This document shows, piece by piece, positions 1 through 11,900 of a stretch of DNA of 64,000 nucleotides; the first letter of the stretch is position 1; each line of letters opens with the position of its first letter. This DNA comes from a phage. The DNA is taken from assembly GCA_012690745.1 (NCBI GenBank), contig GCA_012690745.1_4086.1; one strand, written 5' to 3'. The position numbers were made by a program, and so were the translations under genes. The notes under the pieces were generated by a model. It ran no database searches. It was given only the letters and a program-made list of their open reading frames with translations, and was not told where the DNA came from.

Positions 1-548
1 GTTAGCGGTTTAACTCTAAGTTTATAAATGTGATGTTGCCACGTAACCGAGTATCCCTCAGATGTACGAAATGCATCTTGGACGACATAGAAGCGGTTTA
101 GACCTGTATCTTTACCCAATACATCAAAATCACGTAAATTTGGTAGTTCTATCACATCCCCTGGCATGATTTTTCTACCTAAACGCTGCATCATTGTATT
201 ATAATGGATTGTGATGTCCATAGTGTTGAAATTAAAGAACAATCCTGGGATTTTCAAGTCTGGAGTTGCTTCTTGAACTTGATAGACACAACTAAGTGTG
301 ATAGCTTCAAGGTTGTAGTTTCTGTTTGGTGTGTCACCAAAAATTAAATCGCCAATACTTGACACAACTGATCCTGAAGATGTATAATCACCTCCATAGG
401 ATAAGTCAGTGTTGTCAGCAACTTGTTTTGGACCGACATATGCATAAAGCCACATGTCAACTCCACCAATGTTGTATTGTTCAGCAATGGCAGAATCAAT
501 GAACTTGTAATCATTGGTTCTACCTTTTTTCCACATTCTATATGTCAT
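1..548 (-). CDS. Virion structural protein, N-terminal part only (gene runs past the window start); possibly a baseplate wedge gp8-like protein
   Basis: ATG at 548 on the minus strand, open frame to position 1. Hand translation begins MTYRMWKKG and contains IGGVDMWLYAYVGP, reminiscent of a T4 gp8 segment. Lies downstream of the gp6-like and giant structural genes. Weak by-eye similarity only. Confidence 0.4.
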   Translation of the reverse strand, partial: MTYRMWKKGRTNDYKFIDSAIAEQYNIGGVDMWLYAYVGPKQVADNTDLSYGGDYTSSGSVVSSIGDLIFGDTPNRNYNLEAITLSCVYQVQEATPDLKIPGLFFNFNTMDITIHYNTMMQRLGRKIMPGDVIELPNLRDFDVLGKDTGLNRFYVVQDAFRTSEGYSVTWQHHIYKLRVKPL

Positions 549-609
549 GATTGTCTCCAAAATAAATCGGGTATATCTTTATTTACCTTGTAGACAAACC
601 GTAAGAATG

Positions 610-618
610 TGATATAAT
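610..618 (+). promoter_or_regulatory. Extended -10 sigma70-like promoter (TGaTATAAT) upstream of the ClpA-like gene
   Basis: TGaTATAAT about 40 nt upstream of the ATG at 659; an AGGAG Shine-Dalgarno at about 649-653 precedes the ATG. Confidence 0.4.
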
Positions 619-658
619 GTTTATTAATTAGAGTGACGTGAATCACATAGGAGAATAC

Positions 659-2947
659 ATGAATCTTACTCAATTGTTCAAAAAAAGCGACGAACTGGCA
701 ACATCTCTAGGTCATACATTCTTGACTATTGACCACGTAAGTGCCACAGTACTGACTATTGATAGCATCAAGAACGTATTTGAAGATATGAACATTGATG
801 CAGACAAACTGCACAACCGCCTGATGAACTATCTTAAAAATACAACAGTTCCACATGCACCAAAAAGTGTTAAAGATGAAGACGCGAATCGAACTTCACT
901 TCTAGTGAATCGCGTTGTACATGAGCTTTCTAAAAAATCAGTTATTGAACAACTAAAAAGTGATGATTTTTCGATTGATGCATATTTTGTTCTATTCGAA
1001 TGTCTGTCTTTCCCTAACACAGCACTAGAAGCTGCGTTAAAAGAAGAAGGTGTTAGCTGTACTGAAGCTGCACGTGCATTACAGAAACACGTTGAGTCAC
1101 TTGATAAGGGTATCAACTTACAAAGTATTAATGACGAACCGATTGGAGATAAAAAAGTGGCCCAACAGCAGCAATCATCTAAACAAAAAGGTTTGGAAGA
1201 CTATACAACGAATCTAACTGCTCTTGCAAAAGAAGGCAAACTAGATCCTATGATTGGTCGCCAGAAAGAATTGTCTGCATTGATTGAGACTCTTGCTCGC
1301 AAAACCAAAAAGAATGCTATTCTCACTGGTGAAGCTGGTGTAGGTAAAACACAAATCATCGACGGACTTGCACAAGCTATTGCTGATGGTAACGTACCTG
1401 AACACCTGAAAGACGTTGAAATTCTTTCACTAAATGTTGGTGCATTGACTGCTGGTACTAAGTATCGTGGTGAATTTGAAGAACGCATCGACAATTTGCT
1501 AAAAGAACTAAAGAAACGTGAAAATACTATTGTTTTCATTGATGAAATTCATATTATGGTTGGGGCTGGTTCCGCAAGTAATGGTTCTATGGACATGAGC
1601 AATATGCTTAAGCCAGCACTTTCACGTGGTGAGATTCGTGTAATTGGTGCAACAACATATGATGAATATCGTAAAAATATCGAGAAAGATAGTGCATTAA
1701 CTCGTCGTTTTATGAAAATTGACGTAGTTGAGCCGACAATTGATGAAACTCGTGCAATTGTTAATGGTTTGAAACCAACGTATGAAAAATTCCATAATGT
1801 TGAGTTCACATCTGATGCAATGGATGCTGTAATTTCTCTCAGTGATAAATTCCTGAAGAATAAGCACTTCCCAGATAAAGCAATTGATCTAATGGATGCT
1901 GCTGCGGCTAAAGTTCGTTCACGTGACAACAATAGTAAGCTAATTACTGCCAATTTGATTCAAGAAGTTGTTGCTGGTATTGCCAATTTGGATATCAACG
2001 TGGTTGCATGTACTGAAAGTGATCGTATGCGTAATCTACCAGATGCACTACGCTCACGTGTATACGGTCAAGAGGAAGCTATTCAAAAATTAGTTGATAA
2101 CGTGATGGTAGCTCGTGCAGGACTGCGTGACAAATCTAGTGTTCAGGGTGCATTTATGTTTGTTGGACCATCTGGTACTGGTAAAACAGAAATTACCAAA
2201 GCATTAGCAGACGCAACTGGTGCGGAACTCATTCGCTTTGATATGTCAGAATTTTCTCAAGAACATACTGTTTCTAAACTAATTGGTTCACCTCCAGGTT
2301 ATGTTGGTCATGATTCTGGTAACGGTTTACTGTTGGATAAAATTGAGCAGTTCCCTAATGCAGTACTGTTACTTGATGAAATTGAAAAAGCAGATCGTAA
2401 AGTACTACTAACCTTCCTACAGGTTTTGGATGAAGGTCGTCTGACTGGTTCTCAAGGTAAAACTGTATATTTTAATAACGTAACTGTTATTATGACTACA
2501 AACCTTGGTGCGGCTGATTCAACAAAGCGTAGCATTGGTATGAGCGGTAGTGACACTGCACAGGACAAGGCAATTAAAGCATTCTTGCCACCAGAGTTTA
2601 TTAACCGTATTGATAGTATCGTTACGTTTAAAGACCTAAGCAGTGAAGCTATTGACAGCATCATTGATAAGTTCATGGGTGGTTTGAATGAACAAGTCAA
2701 AGACCGTAATGTTAAAGTTACATTGACAAAAGCTGCACGTGAATGGCTTGCGAAAAATGGGGTAAAAGTTGGTATGGGTGCACGTCCAATGAAACGTACC
2801 ATTGAACAAAACATTCGTGTACCACTAGCTAAAGAAATGTTGTGTGGTTCACTTGTGAATGGTGGTAACATTACATTTGATGTTATTGATGGTAAAATCG
2901 GTATTAAGCCGAAACGTACCAAAGCTGTAGATAAAGCACTAGTATAA
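659..2947 (+). CDS. clpA: ClpA-family AAA+ unfoldase with Clp N-domain and two AAA modules
   Basis: D1 Walker A GEAGVGKT and D2 Walker A GPSGTGKT, Walker [10 protein letters not shown], sensor/arginine-finger region [10 protein letters not shown], and an IGM tripeptide at the position of the ClpA IGL ClpP-docking loop. Spacing between D1 and D2 fits ClpA rather than ClpB (no long M-domain). The track ORF begins at GTG 638; the ATG at 659 has the better RBS. Confidence 0.85.
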   Translation: MNLTQLFKKSDELATSLGHTFLTIDHVSATVLTIDSIKNVFEDMNIDADKLHNRLMNYLKNTTVPHAPKSVKDEDANRTSLLVNRVVHELSKKSVIEQLKSDDFSIDAYFVLFECLSFPNTALEAALKEEGVSCTEAARALQKHVESLDKGINLQSINDEPIGDKKVAQQQQSSKQKGLEDYTTNLTALAKEGKLDPMIGRQKELSALIETLARKTKKNAILTGEAGVGKTQIIDGLAQAIADGNVPEHLKDVEILSLNVGALTAGTKYRGEFEERIDNLLKELKKRENTIVFIDEIHIMVGAGSASNGSMDMSNMLKPALSRGEIRVIGATTYDEYRKNIEKDSALTRRFMKIDVVEPTIDETRAIVNGLKPTYEKFHNVEFTSDAMDAVISLSDKFLKNKHFPDKAIDLMDAAAAKVRSRDNNSKLITANLIQEVVAGIANLDINVVACTESDRMRNLPDALRSRVYGQEEAIQKLVDNVMVARAGLRDKSSVQGAFMFVGPSGTGKTEITKALADATGAELIRFDMSEFSQEHTVSKLIGSPPGYVGHDSGNGLLLDKIEQFPNAVLLLDEIEKADRKVLLTFLQVLDEGRLTGSQGKTVYFNNVTVIMTTNLGAADSTKRSIGMSGSDTAQDKAIKAFLPPEFINRIDSIVTFKDLSSEAIDSIIDKFMGGLNEQVKDRNVKVTLTKAAREWLAKNGVKVGMGARPMKRTIEQNIRVPLAKEMLCGSLVNGGNITFDVIDGKIGIKPKRTKAVDKALV

Positions 2948-2956
2948 AAAAAGAAA

Positions 2957-2983
2957 AGGAGAGCATTATGCTCTCCTTTTTTA
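2957..2983. terminator. Bidirectional rho-independent terminator between the convergent clpA-like and giant structural genes
   Basis: Nine-bp stem AGGAGAGCA / TGCTCTCCT with a 3-nt loop, flanked by an A-run upstream and a T-run downstream. Confidence 0.7.
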
Positions 2984-5900
2984 TTACTTAACTAATAATA
3001 TATTTTTAATATCATTACCACTAACTTGTAGACTATCAGTGTATACTGAAAGATCTATAGTGTAACTATTTTGTGTGTAACGTTTTAACATATCATAATT
3101 ACCTAAATTAATTCCATTGAAAGAATATGTGGTATTAAGTTTAAAATCATGTTCTGCACTATACATTACACCACGGAGTAAATTATTTGCATTTCTAACT
3201 TCAACTTTTTCATATCCAATCGATATAATATCATTCATGTTCGCGGCTGAACCGGATAAAACATTATTTCTAATACTATAAGGACTTATTGATTTAGGTT
3301 GAGAAACATAGGTTGTATTTTCTTCACTAATGGTTGTGATGTTAGTAACAGTACCACCAACAACACCGATATACATACCGTCAACCATTGGGAATCCATA
3401 AACCCATATCCCTTCATTATTTCTAAACGGTTGAATAACACTTGAATCATATTCGATAACGTTGATTTCTAAACTATCAGTCATTTTAGTTCTTGCCAAT
3501 TCACTAAGAACTCCCGCACCCGTAATTGGTAAGTTATAACCGTTATCGATAGTAATTCCATCAACATCAAATATTTCATTGGAGATTATCCAAACGTCAA
3601 CGTCATCTGGTGTTATTCCGTCATTGTACTTACCACCATTTAAAGTAATATCGTAGAAAACATCATAATTAATTACATCAATGGTGTAATTTCTATTTTG
3701 TTCATACAATTTAATACCATTCTTGACAAATTCAGGGTCAGCAAATGTTCTAACACGAACAATGTTCAATGCTAGAGGCTGTACTGGCTCATTTTGTTGT
3801 GCAAGAGTGATGTTATCATAACGGAGAACTGCACCAGTACTCTCATCAATCAATTCAATCGTTTCCTTACCTGTATTTCTTACAGTGAATAGGATCGGAG
3901 TTGTATTGTTTTTGATGTTAGATACACGCAAGATTGTTTCCCATGTGTGATTTTGATATCTCACAAAATCTTCACCATCAGGAGTGAAAATCATCACCTT
4001 ATCACCATCAGATAGGTCATTGTCAACTATTTCTGCTTCAGTTAAGCTATTAATAGATCTCACACGATAGAAATATTTTTCATCAAACTTCGATGTTGTT
4101 TTATTAATATCATTTTCAATCTTAGCATATGAAGGAATACTTACAATTGCTTCTGTATGTTTATATGGATTGATAATTGCCATACCTTCAGTTTGATATC
4201 TGCTGTTATCACGTAATTGTACAAGAGATACATTGTCAAACCCATATCCATCAACTGTAAATCTAATTTGTCCAACATCACGCCCAGAAGGGTTTATGTC
4301 AGATATATCCACAATATAAGGATCAACTTCATCATCTTTAACTTCCCATTTTATTGAAGAAGTTTGAGATTCCAATGCTAGGTTATCAAATGCATTCATA
4401 TCATTGAAGTACTTAGCTTCAGTAATACTATCAAGTATATATTGATAATCAGAATACATTGGATTATTTTGATCTAGTGGTAAATCATCAAGATTTATTT
4501 CAGCTAGTTCAACCATTTCACCATTTGTGATAAAATAATCTTCCATGAAATCATCAATACTTTGTTCATCAGGTATACTTTGATATACACCGTTAACATT
4601 TAAGTAAACATATTTTCGTGGAATCATTGTAATTGCATAGATATCAATTGGGGTCTTACTAAGAATCTCTTCAGCTTTTTCGTACTTATCAGTAGCGTCT
4701 TTGTCGAATAACCCTCTCATACCTGCTAATACGTGAATAGCATCAGTATAGAAACGGGTATCACCACCTACTTCATCATAACGATAAACATATACACCAT
4801 ACTCAACTTCAAGTTTAACTTTTACTTCATAGTCTGATGCGTCAGGATTTTTATCTTTAATTAATGAAATGTATTTTTGATACAATTCACTGCTTATTTC
4901 AAAATATCCATAGTTATAATCATTACTAGAAGAAAAGCCTAATGGAAGTCTAGTACTAGGATTGTCATTATAAGTAAGTCCACTAAATCCACATCCAACT
5001 TCATCGTGAATTTTCTCATCACTTATATCTTTATAAAGTTTCAAACGGTTTGCCAATGTGTTATACTGAACATATTGTCTAAGGTCAGTAAACATATCGT
5101 TATGCGTTGATTCTTTATAAACACGTTCCAATGTAGCAGTGAATTCATCAGTTGCTTCTAAATCTTCCGCATGGTCTTTATACCACTGGTTAACGCCATA
5201 TGCTGTTCCTAGTGTTACATCCAATTCTGGATAGTAGATTTGCATTTGATAAGCAATAAGAAGATCGAAAGTTTCTTCACTATATTCTGGGAAAGAATAT
5301 ATATAACGTTGTAATTCATAGTTACTAACAGCATCCTTTTCATTGGATTGATATTTGTTATTAACACTTACTAATTCATTTATGCTTGCCAAATCTTCAT
5401 TTGGTTTACACTGAATATTATCATAATGCATAATAATATCAATTTCTTGGAATCTTCTATTTGGTGTAACGAAATCACTTGGTAGTGAACCTACCTGTTC
5501 CCATTTTTGGGTAATTTCATTAAATTGAGCGTACTCATAATCCCAAATATCTTTTTCAGTTTTGATCCAAGAACCGTCAACGAAAATATATCCATTAGGA
5601 TCTAAATCATTACATAGACCTTTTATTAAATCATCATCAGATGTCTTTTGCTCTATTTGTGAACGAATTTTAGTTCTATAAGGTTTAACTTCTTCAAAAT
5701 ATTCAACAATTTGATTAATCAAATTATCGTTTGAATAGTTTTGAACTAATGATTGTTCCAAACCAACAATATAGATATATGATGTTTTAAATACCCAATC
5801 CACAACACTTTGTTCAACATGTACATATTTGACCATATCAAAAACAATTTCGCTTTGATGTAAATCGAAAGAATTTTTGAGTAAAGCTAGTGCTTTACGA

Positions 5901-8900
5901 ACGTTGATTTCACGATTGCTTAGTGAACCATTATCATTATGAACACTATAATCTGCGTAAAGCATATCATTGAGTTCAACTGTACTGTTTTCACGACCAA
6001 TCGCTTTCCAATAAATTGAATCGCGTGATTGTGATTTAATATACAATGTCCAAATGTTTTCACTATCGGTAACTCTGATAATATCGCCAACTTGGTAGTT
6101 TTTAGTATTAGCATCTTCTAAGCTTGACTCTTGAGTATAAGTCGTGTTACTATCATATCCAACATCATACCAATCAGCATATGACCAGTACTGAGTCATG
6201 TCTAATGAGGTTCCTAGTGATTCAACATAATCAGATTGTTTAATCATTTTATGTTGTCCCTCACCTTTGTTTTCTAACGTTATAGTAACAACACTACCCG
6301 CGTTTGCTGGACTATTCATTAACTGAATATATCCATTTTCGTCGAAGTGAATAAAATAAACAGCACTAGAAGTTAATGGATTTGGTAGATATCCACTAGT
6401 ACTTAAAATAACAGCGTCATTTTCTTTAAATTTATCACTTTCAACTGCAATAACTAATTCATTATTGTAAGACAACACACGGAAAGAAACTTCATTAGGG
6501 TTAACTTCAGTGGTTTTAACATTAAACACATCTTCCATAACAACACTATTAGTGGTTATGTTTTGTGACCTATAATAATTATTAGCACTTTCTACAAAGT
6601 TTCTACGAGCTTCTATAACATTTTGGAACCAAGTTTTGTTTGATCCTAAACCGTTATCAACATCTGGATATAATAAATTAATCACAGAACCTGATTCAGT
6701 TGTTTCTTGACCAATTAGTGAGTTCCACATTGAATCCCAAATTAGTGGGTTAAAGTTATAGCTGTCACCTTCTTTACATAGTTGATACTGGTCATGTTTA
6801 ACAACTTCAGTACTATCCATGTAATAAGAAACAGTTAAAATACTGGTATCATCATTCACTTTAAATTGCATATTACTAAGAATAAACGAGTTTTCATTTA
6901 TTGGAGCGAACCAAGGAATGTTTAGCTGTGTTGGATCTTTAATAATACGAGCAATGTCAGTACATGATTTCGTTCTGGTATGTAGTGGTGGTACATAAAT
7001 TGTATCACGTACCCAGAAATAGTATTTTGTTACATAACTATCAGTTGAACTATCATATTCCAAAAATGTACTATAATTATCTTCAAGTGCAGTTCCACTT
7101 GGTAGATACATAGTATTATTTTTGTTTTTCTTAGCAACATCTTTACAGTATTTGTCCCAGTTATATGGCTCAACTGGTGAACAAACCCACTCTAACACAT
7201 CAATGGTACTATGTGGTAACAAACGTCCCCAGTTGTAACGTTTGTATTCATTGGTTGCATCAATATCAACATTACCGTCTGCGTCATAAATTGCACGAGT
7301 ATAATCCAAATAAAATGCAGTGCTAGTGTTCCACCATACTTGACCAACTTTATCAGCACCCCAAGCCTGGATTAACTCTCCATTACTATTATACTGTGCA
7401 GGATCAACTGGTGAAGTATATGTTACGTTTTGCATAGCCGCACCTGGAATAACACCATTAATTGGGTCATAAACGTTTAGATATAGCTCAGTAATGTTAG
7501 TACGTTCATCATATGTCGTTGGACGATCAAATAAAGTACTTTGTGGTGCTTTAAAACTATATTTCTTGTCAATGTAAGCTTGACGATCATCAGTACTGGC
7601 AAAACGTGATACATAACGATACAAACGTGGACGTGTATCTGGATCAGTAAATTCAATATCAATAGAAGTGTCAAATGGAACTACCATAACTTTAGGATCA
7701 GAACCAGCAGTATAATATTGACTTTCTACTGTTAAAGTATCTGGCATAAAGTTAGTTTCATCAACAAAATAATAATAATCACCATCTTCAAGTGGTACAT
7801 TATCAGTTAAAGTTACTTTACAAAATTGTTCAGCATACACATCGGTATTTTCAATAGGTGTTATAGAAACCATTTGTACATTAGTATCAACCAATTCAAA
7901 AATGTTCCACAAACCATTACCGTCTTTAAACATCCACACAGATTCAGGATTTTCACCTTTACCATTAGTATAAGTTATGCGGTCATTATATGCAGTACTG
8001 AAATCTTTTGTTGTGTACGATACTTCATCCAATGTTACTGGACCAATATCTGGAAGTTGGATGTTTTCACTTCTTCCACTACGCATTGGGAATGAGAACT
8101 TACCATTTGGACGTGTAATCCAACGAGGATCTTTACCTTGCTCACCGAAGTATACAATATGATTACCATTACCATTTGAAGTTGCATTTACATCAAAAGA
8201 AACCATTTGAGGTTGTTGTTTAAATTGGTCATTGATTAGTTTAAATTGAAGGTTTTTCTTACCATCAATATTACCATATGTACCAATTTTAAATGCCCAT
8301 TCTTGTAATGCTTTATATTCATCAGTGTCATATGATTTAGAAACACGAAGTACACGTTCTAAAACTTGGTTAGTACCTTTATCGTGAATGAATCCTTTAT
8401 AGAAATCAACACGACTAACATCACTACTAATCATACGCTGTAGATAATCACGAGATTGATAACCAATCAAATGGTTTGACAACTCTTGTAATTGTACATC
8501 ACTTACTGGAGTTTCACTATCATAATAATGTTGGAAATCCGACACTAATTTTTCAAATGATGGTAGTGTTCCAGCTTCCAAGATAATAAATCCAGGAGCT
8601 TGTAGGCGACCAGTCCATGAACCAGTAATATATCCATACATTTTAATTAGTTCTTGAATAGAACCATATGTTGGCTGATAAATGTAATCACCAAAAATAG
8701 TTTTATCATCAAAAATAACAGCATGTTCATATGAACACAAACTTAAACGAATCAATGCAATGCGTTTATTAGATTCTAAAGTTCTAACAGTGAAGATATT
8801 TCCAATACGAGAAGTTTCAATTTCATATTGGCGAATACCTTGGTTATTATCATCAAGTAATGACCATACACCACCATTATTTTGCGTAATAGATTGTACT

Positions 8901-11900
8901 GAACCAAAGTCTGCCCCAAATTTAGCGTTTGCAGCACTTGGGGTACAAGAAATAAATTCACCAGTTACTAGAGAATTCTGACTCCAGATCACGAAATCTT
9001 TAGCAATAGTGTTCCAATCTTGTTGAGCACCACTATCATTTACATCTTCAAAAATCCAACCATGTTCTTTAAGATATTCACCATATCCACAAATAAAAGT
9101 ATAAACTTCTTGGTAACTATTGAAAACTTTACCATATTCAATTGAAGCTTCAGACTTCCATTCATTATAATGAACAACATTACGGTTTTCCAATTTAAGA
9201 GTTACTTTTCTACCATTTTTTACTGGAAGTTTATATTTAAATTTAGCACCAACTAGATCATATCCATCAATCTGATATGCACTACCATTCCAAGTAATTT
9301 TGATCGCACTCATTTGCTCATCACGGATATTATTAGAACGAACAAGACCAATGGTTTGGTTTTCTTGTGAAATAAGACCGAAAGATTTAGCATTGAATGT
9401 TAGCTGATCTGCTTTAGTAAATCCTCCAATTTTATGACCAACATTTATATAAGAAGAACGAACTACATCCCCATACTTGGTGGTAATATTTTTATTTTGA
9501 TACATCAAATGGTCACTTACAAACATTTGATAACCAATTGTTCTTGTGCTATTTTCACCATGAACTACTGTATTTTTATCAAAATTAATACGCTTACGTG
9601 TATCACCATAAAGGAATTGTGAACCATCAGTGAATACTTCTTTTAAGTTATCGTTGCGGGTATCCCAGAAATAGTTAGCAAATTGTGCTGGTTTAGCTTT
9701 ATACAAAAGCATCATTTGGTCATATGCAAACAATGTAGTGTTCATGTATGTAAATTCCATGTCACCCATATCACCATATGTCCAAGGTTCTGCTCTATGA
9801 TTTAAAGATCCAGACACTAAACCTAAAATTTCAGGTGCAATATATTCAACCACACAAATATCAATACCAGAAGATGTTTTATTTCCAGTTTTTGTAATTT
9901 TGAATGGCTGTACACCAAATCTTTTATATTTGTCATATTGACCACGACGATCACCAAATAAAATAGTTCCAGTACTGCTATCTCCAATAGTTCCGTCAAT
10001 ATCCCAAAGACCACTAGGAACTAAATCACCTTGCTCATTCATAACAAGTGCTTCATATACATATACAACATCACTATCACGTTCACCAACTTGAACAGCC
10101 GTTGGTTCGTATTCTTGGTTCCACCAAGTTGGACGTTGTGTAAAGCCAAACATTTCCCACGGATGGGTAGCTGGGCGATATGTACCATATTGGTCAGTGT
10201 AAATGGCACGCCATGAACCACGTGCAGGAATTTCAGTACTTTGACCATTAACTACATAATAAGTGCCAGTATAGTTCCAAGTTCTCCAATTGTTAGGATC
10301 ATAATCATGTGTACTATTACTGATACCATTAGTTGCGGTGAAGTTAATGTATCCACGTAGTAATAATGTTTGTTTCTCTTCAGCACTATATTCAGTTTTA
10401 GTGAAATATGGTGTAGGGAAAAGGTCATCACTATTCAATACTGGTACGTAATCAACATCTTTGAATTTATTATCAATACTATTAAAAATTCTATTTTCTA
10501 ATTCATATACAACATCATCCATTTTATCAACACCATTGATAACACGGTATGCTTTGGAAATAATACCAGTATGACTGATGTTATAACAGCTTGGTTTACT
10601 ACCAGCAGTGAGGAATGTCGCTTTTTCTGGTACATATGCTTGAAGAATACCTAAGAACTGTGGTGTTGGTGGTATAAATGCACGAATGAATCCAGAAGTA
10701 CTTCCAACATTATCATAATAGAATGGGAATGAACTATCACGTCCCATATTAATAGTAGTTAAAATTGCATCAACAATGTTTGCAGCACTATTTTGTAAAA
10801 AGTCTGATGGATTTTCATCATACATACGAAGCATTTGTGTATTAAATTTATTAATGAATCTAAAATATTCAGATTGCATAAACATAGTTGCTTCAAACAA
10901 ATCAATATCTTCATTTGCAGTATGTGCCATCAATGGAAGCATAGATGCTTCATTTTGGATAATTTTAGTACCTACGCCATTATTAACCAATCCTTTAGCC
11001 AAACGTTCTTCATAGTCATTGAAATCATCAGAAGAACCACGTGTAATGTTCTTTTGAATAATATCCTGAAAATGTAAAGTGTAGTCACCTTGGTTAATGT
11101 ATATAATATTAGAATTATATGGGTTATTTTGTAGGTTGATTGGAACTTCATATGCACCTAATTCTTTATTAGGAGTTACAGTACTGCTATAAGTTCTAAT
11201 TTGAATAACAGAATCTTCATCCAATTCTACAGTACTATCTAGAGTGATGCTTTGTACTTGACCTTTTGAAACATTTTTGGTATATTTGGACACATCAACA
11301 CCATCAACCACAACTTCAATAATATCAGAATCATTATCTAAAACTTTTTGTGCCAATTCGAATGTATGGTCATATTTTACAATCTGAACACCATCACCAG
11401 TAATTGGATGCCAATCTAGATAAGTTTCACGGTCAGCTTTATAGTACTGATATGTTCTATCAACTTCAATAACATATGCATACATACCATCAACTGGTTC
11501 TTTAAAAACTTCCATATCATAAACAGTACTGAATACACGATACATATCAGTACGTTGGACTTGTGGAGTTTGTTTTACAAATTGTTTAGAGTACTCTTCT
11601 GAACGAACCCAATCGGTTTGAAGATTCATTTCATTATTTTCATCAATAATGTTATAATAGTATAAACCATCAATTTCAACTTCTTTTCCAAGATGGTCAT
11701 AGGTATAACGTTGGGATTGTAAAAAGTTTTCATAAATGTAATAATTATAATCACCAAGTTCAATGTTATATCCATATACACTATCAGTTGCATAGTTGTA
11801 ATTTATTTTAAAACCAAACAACTCTGAACCTTTAAAGTTACTTGATGGATATGTAGTACTGTTGTCAAGTTTGATACCATTACGATCATAAAGTTGGAAT

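Noticed and set aside
829-2922. Minus-strand ORFs 829-1116, 1201-1539, 1549-1953 and 2452-2922 inside the clpA-like gene
   Set aside because: They lie antisense to a gene with strong conserved motifs, have no RBS or promoter, and are typical shadow ORFs.
638-2947. ClpB (disaggregase) rather than ClpA identity
   Set aside because: The spacing between the two AAA modules is too short for the ClpB coiled-coil M-domain, and an IGM ClpP-docking-like loop is present, which ClpB lacks.
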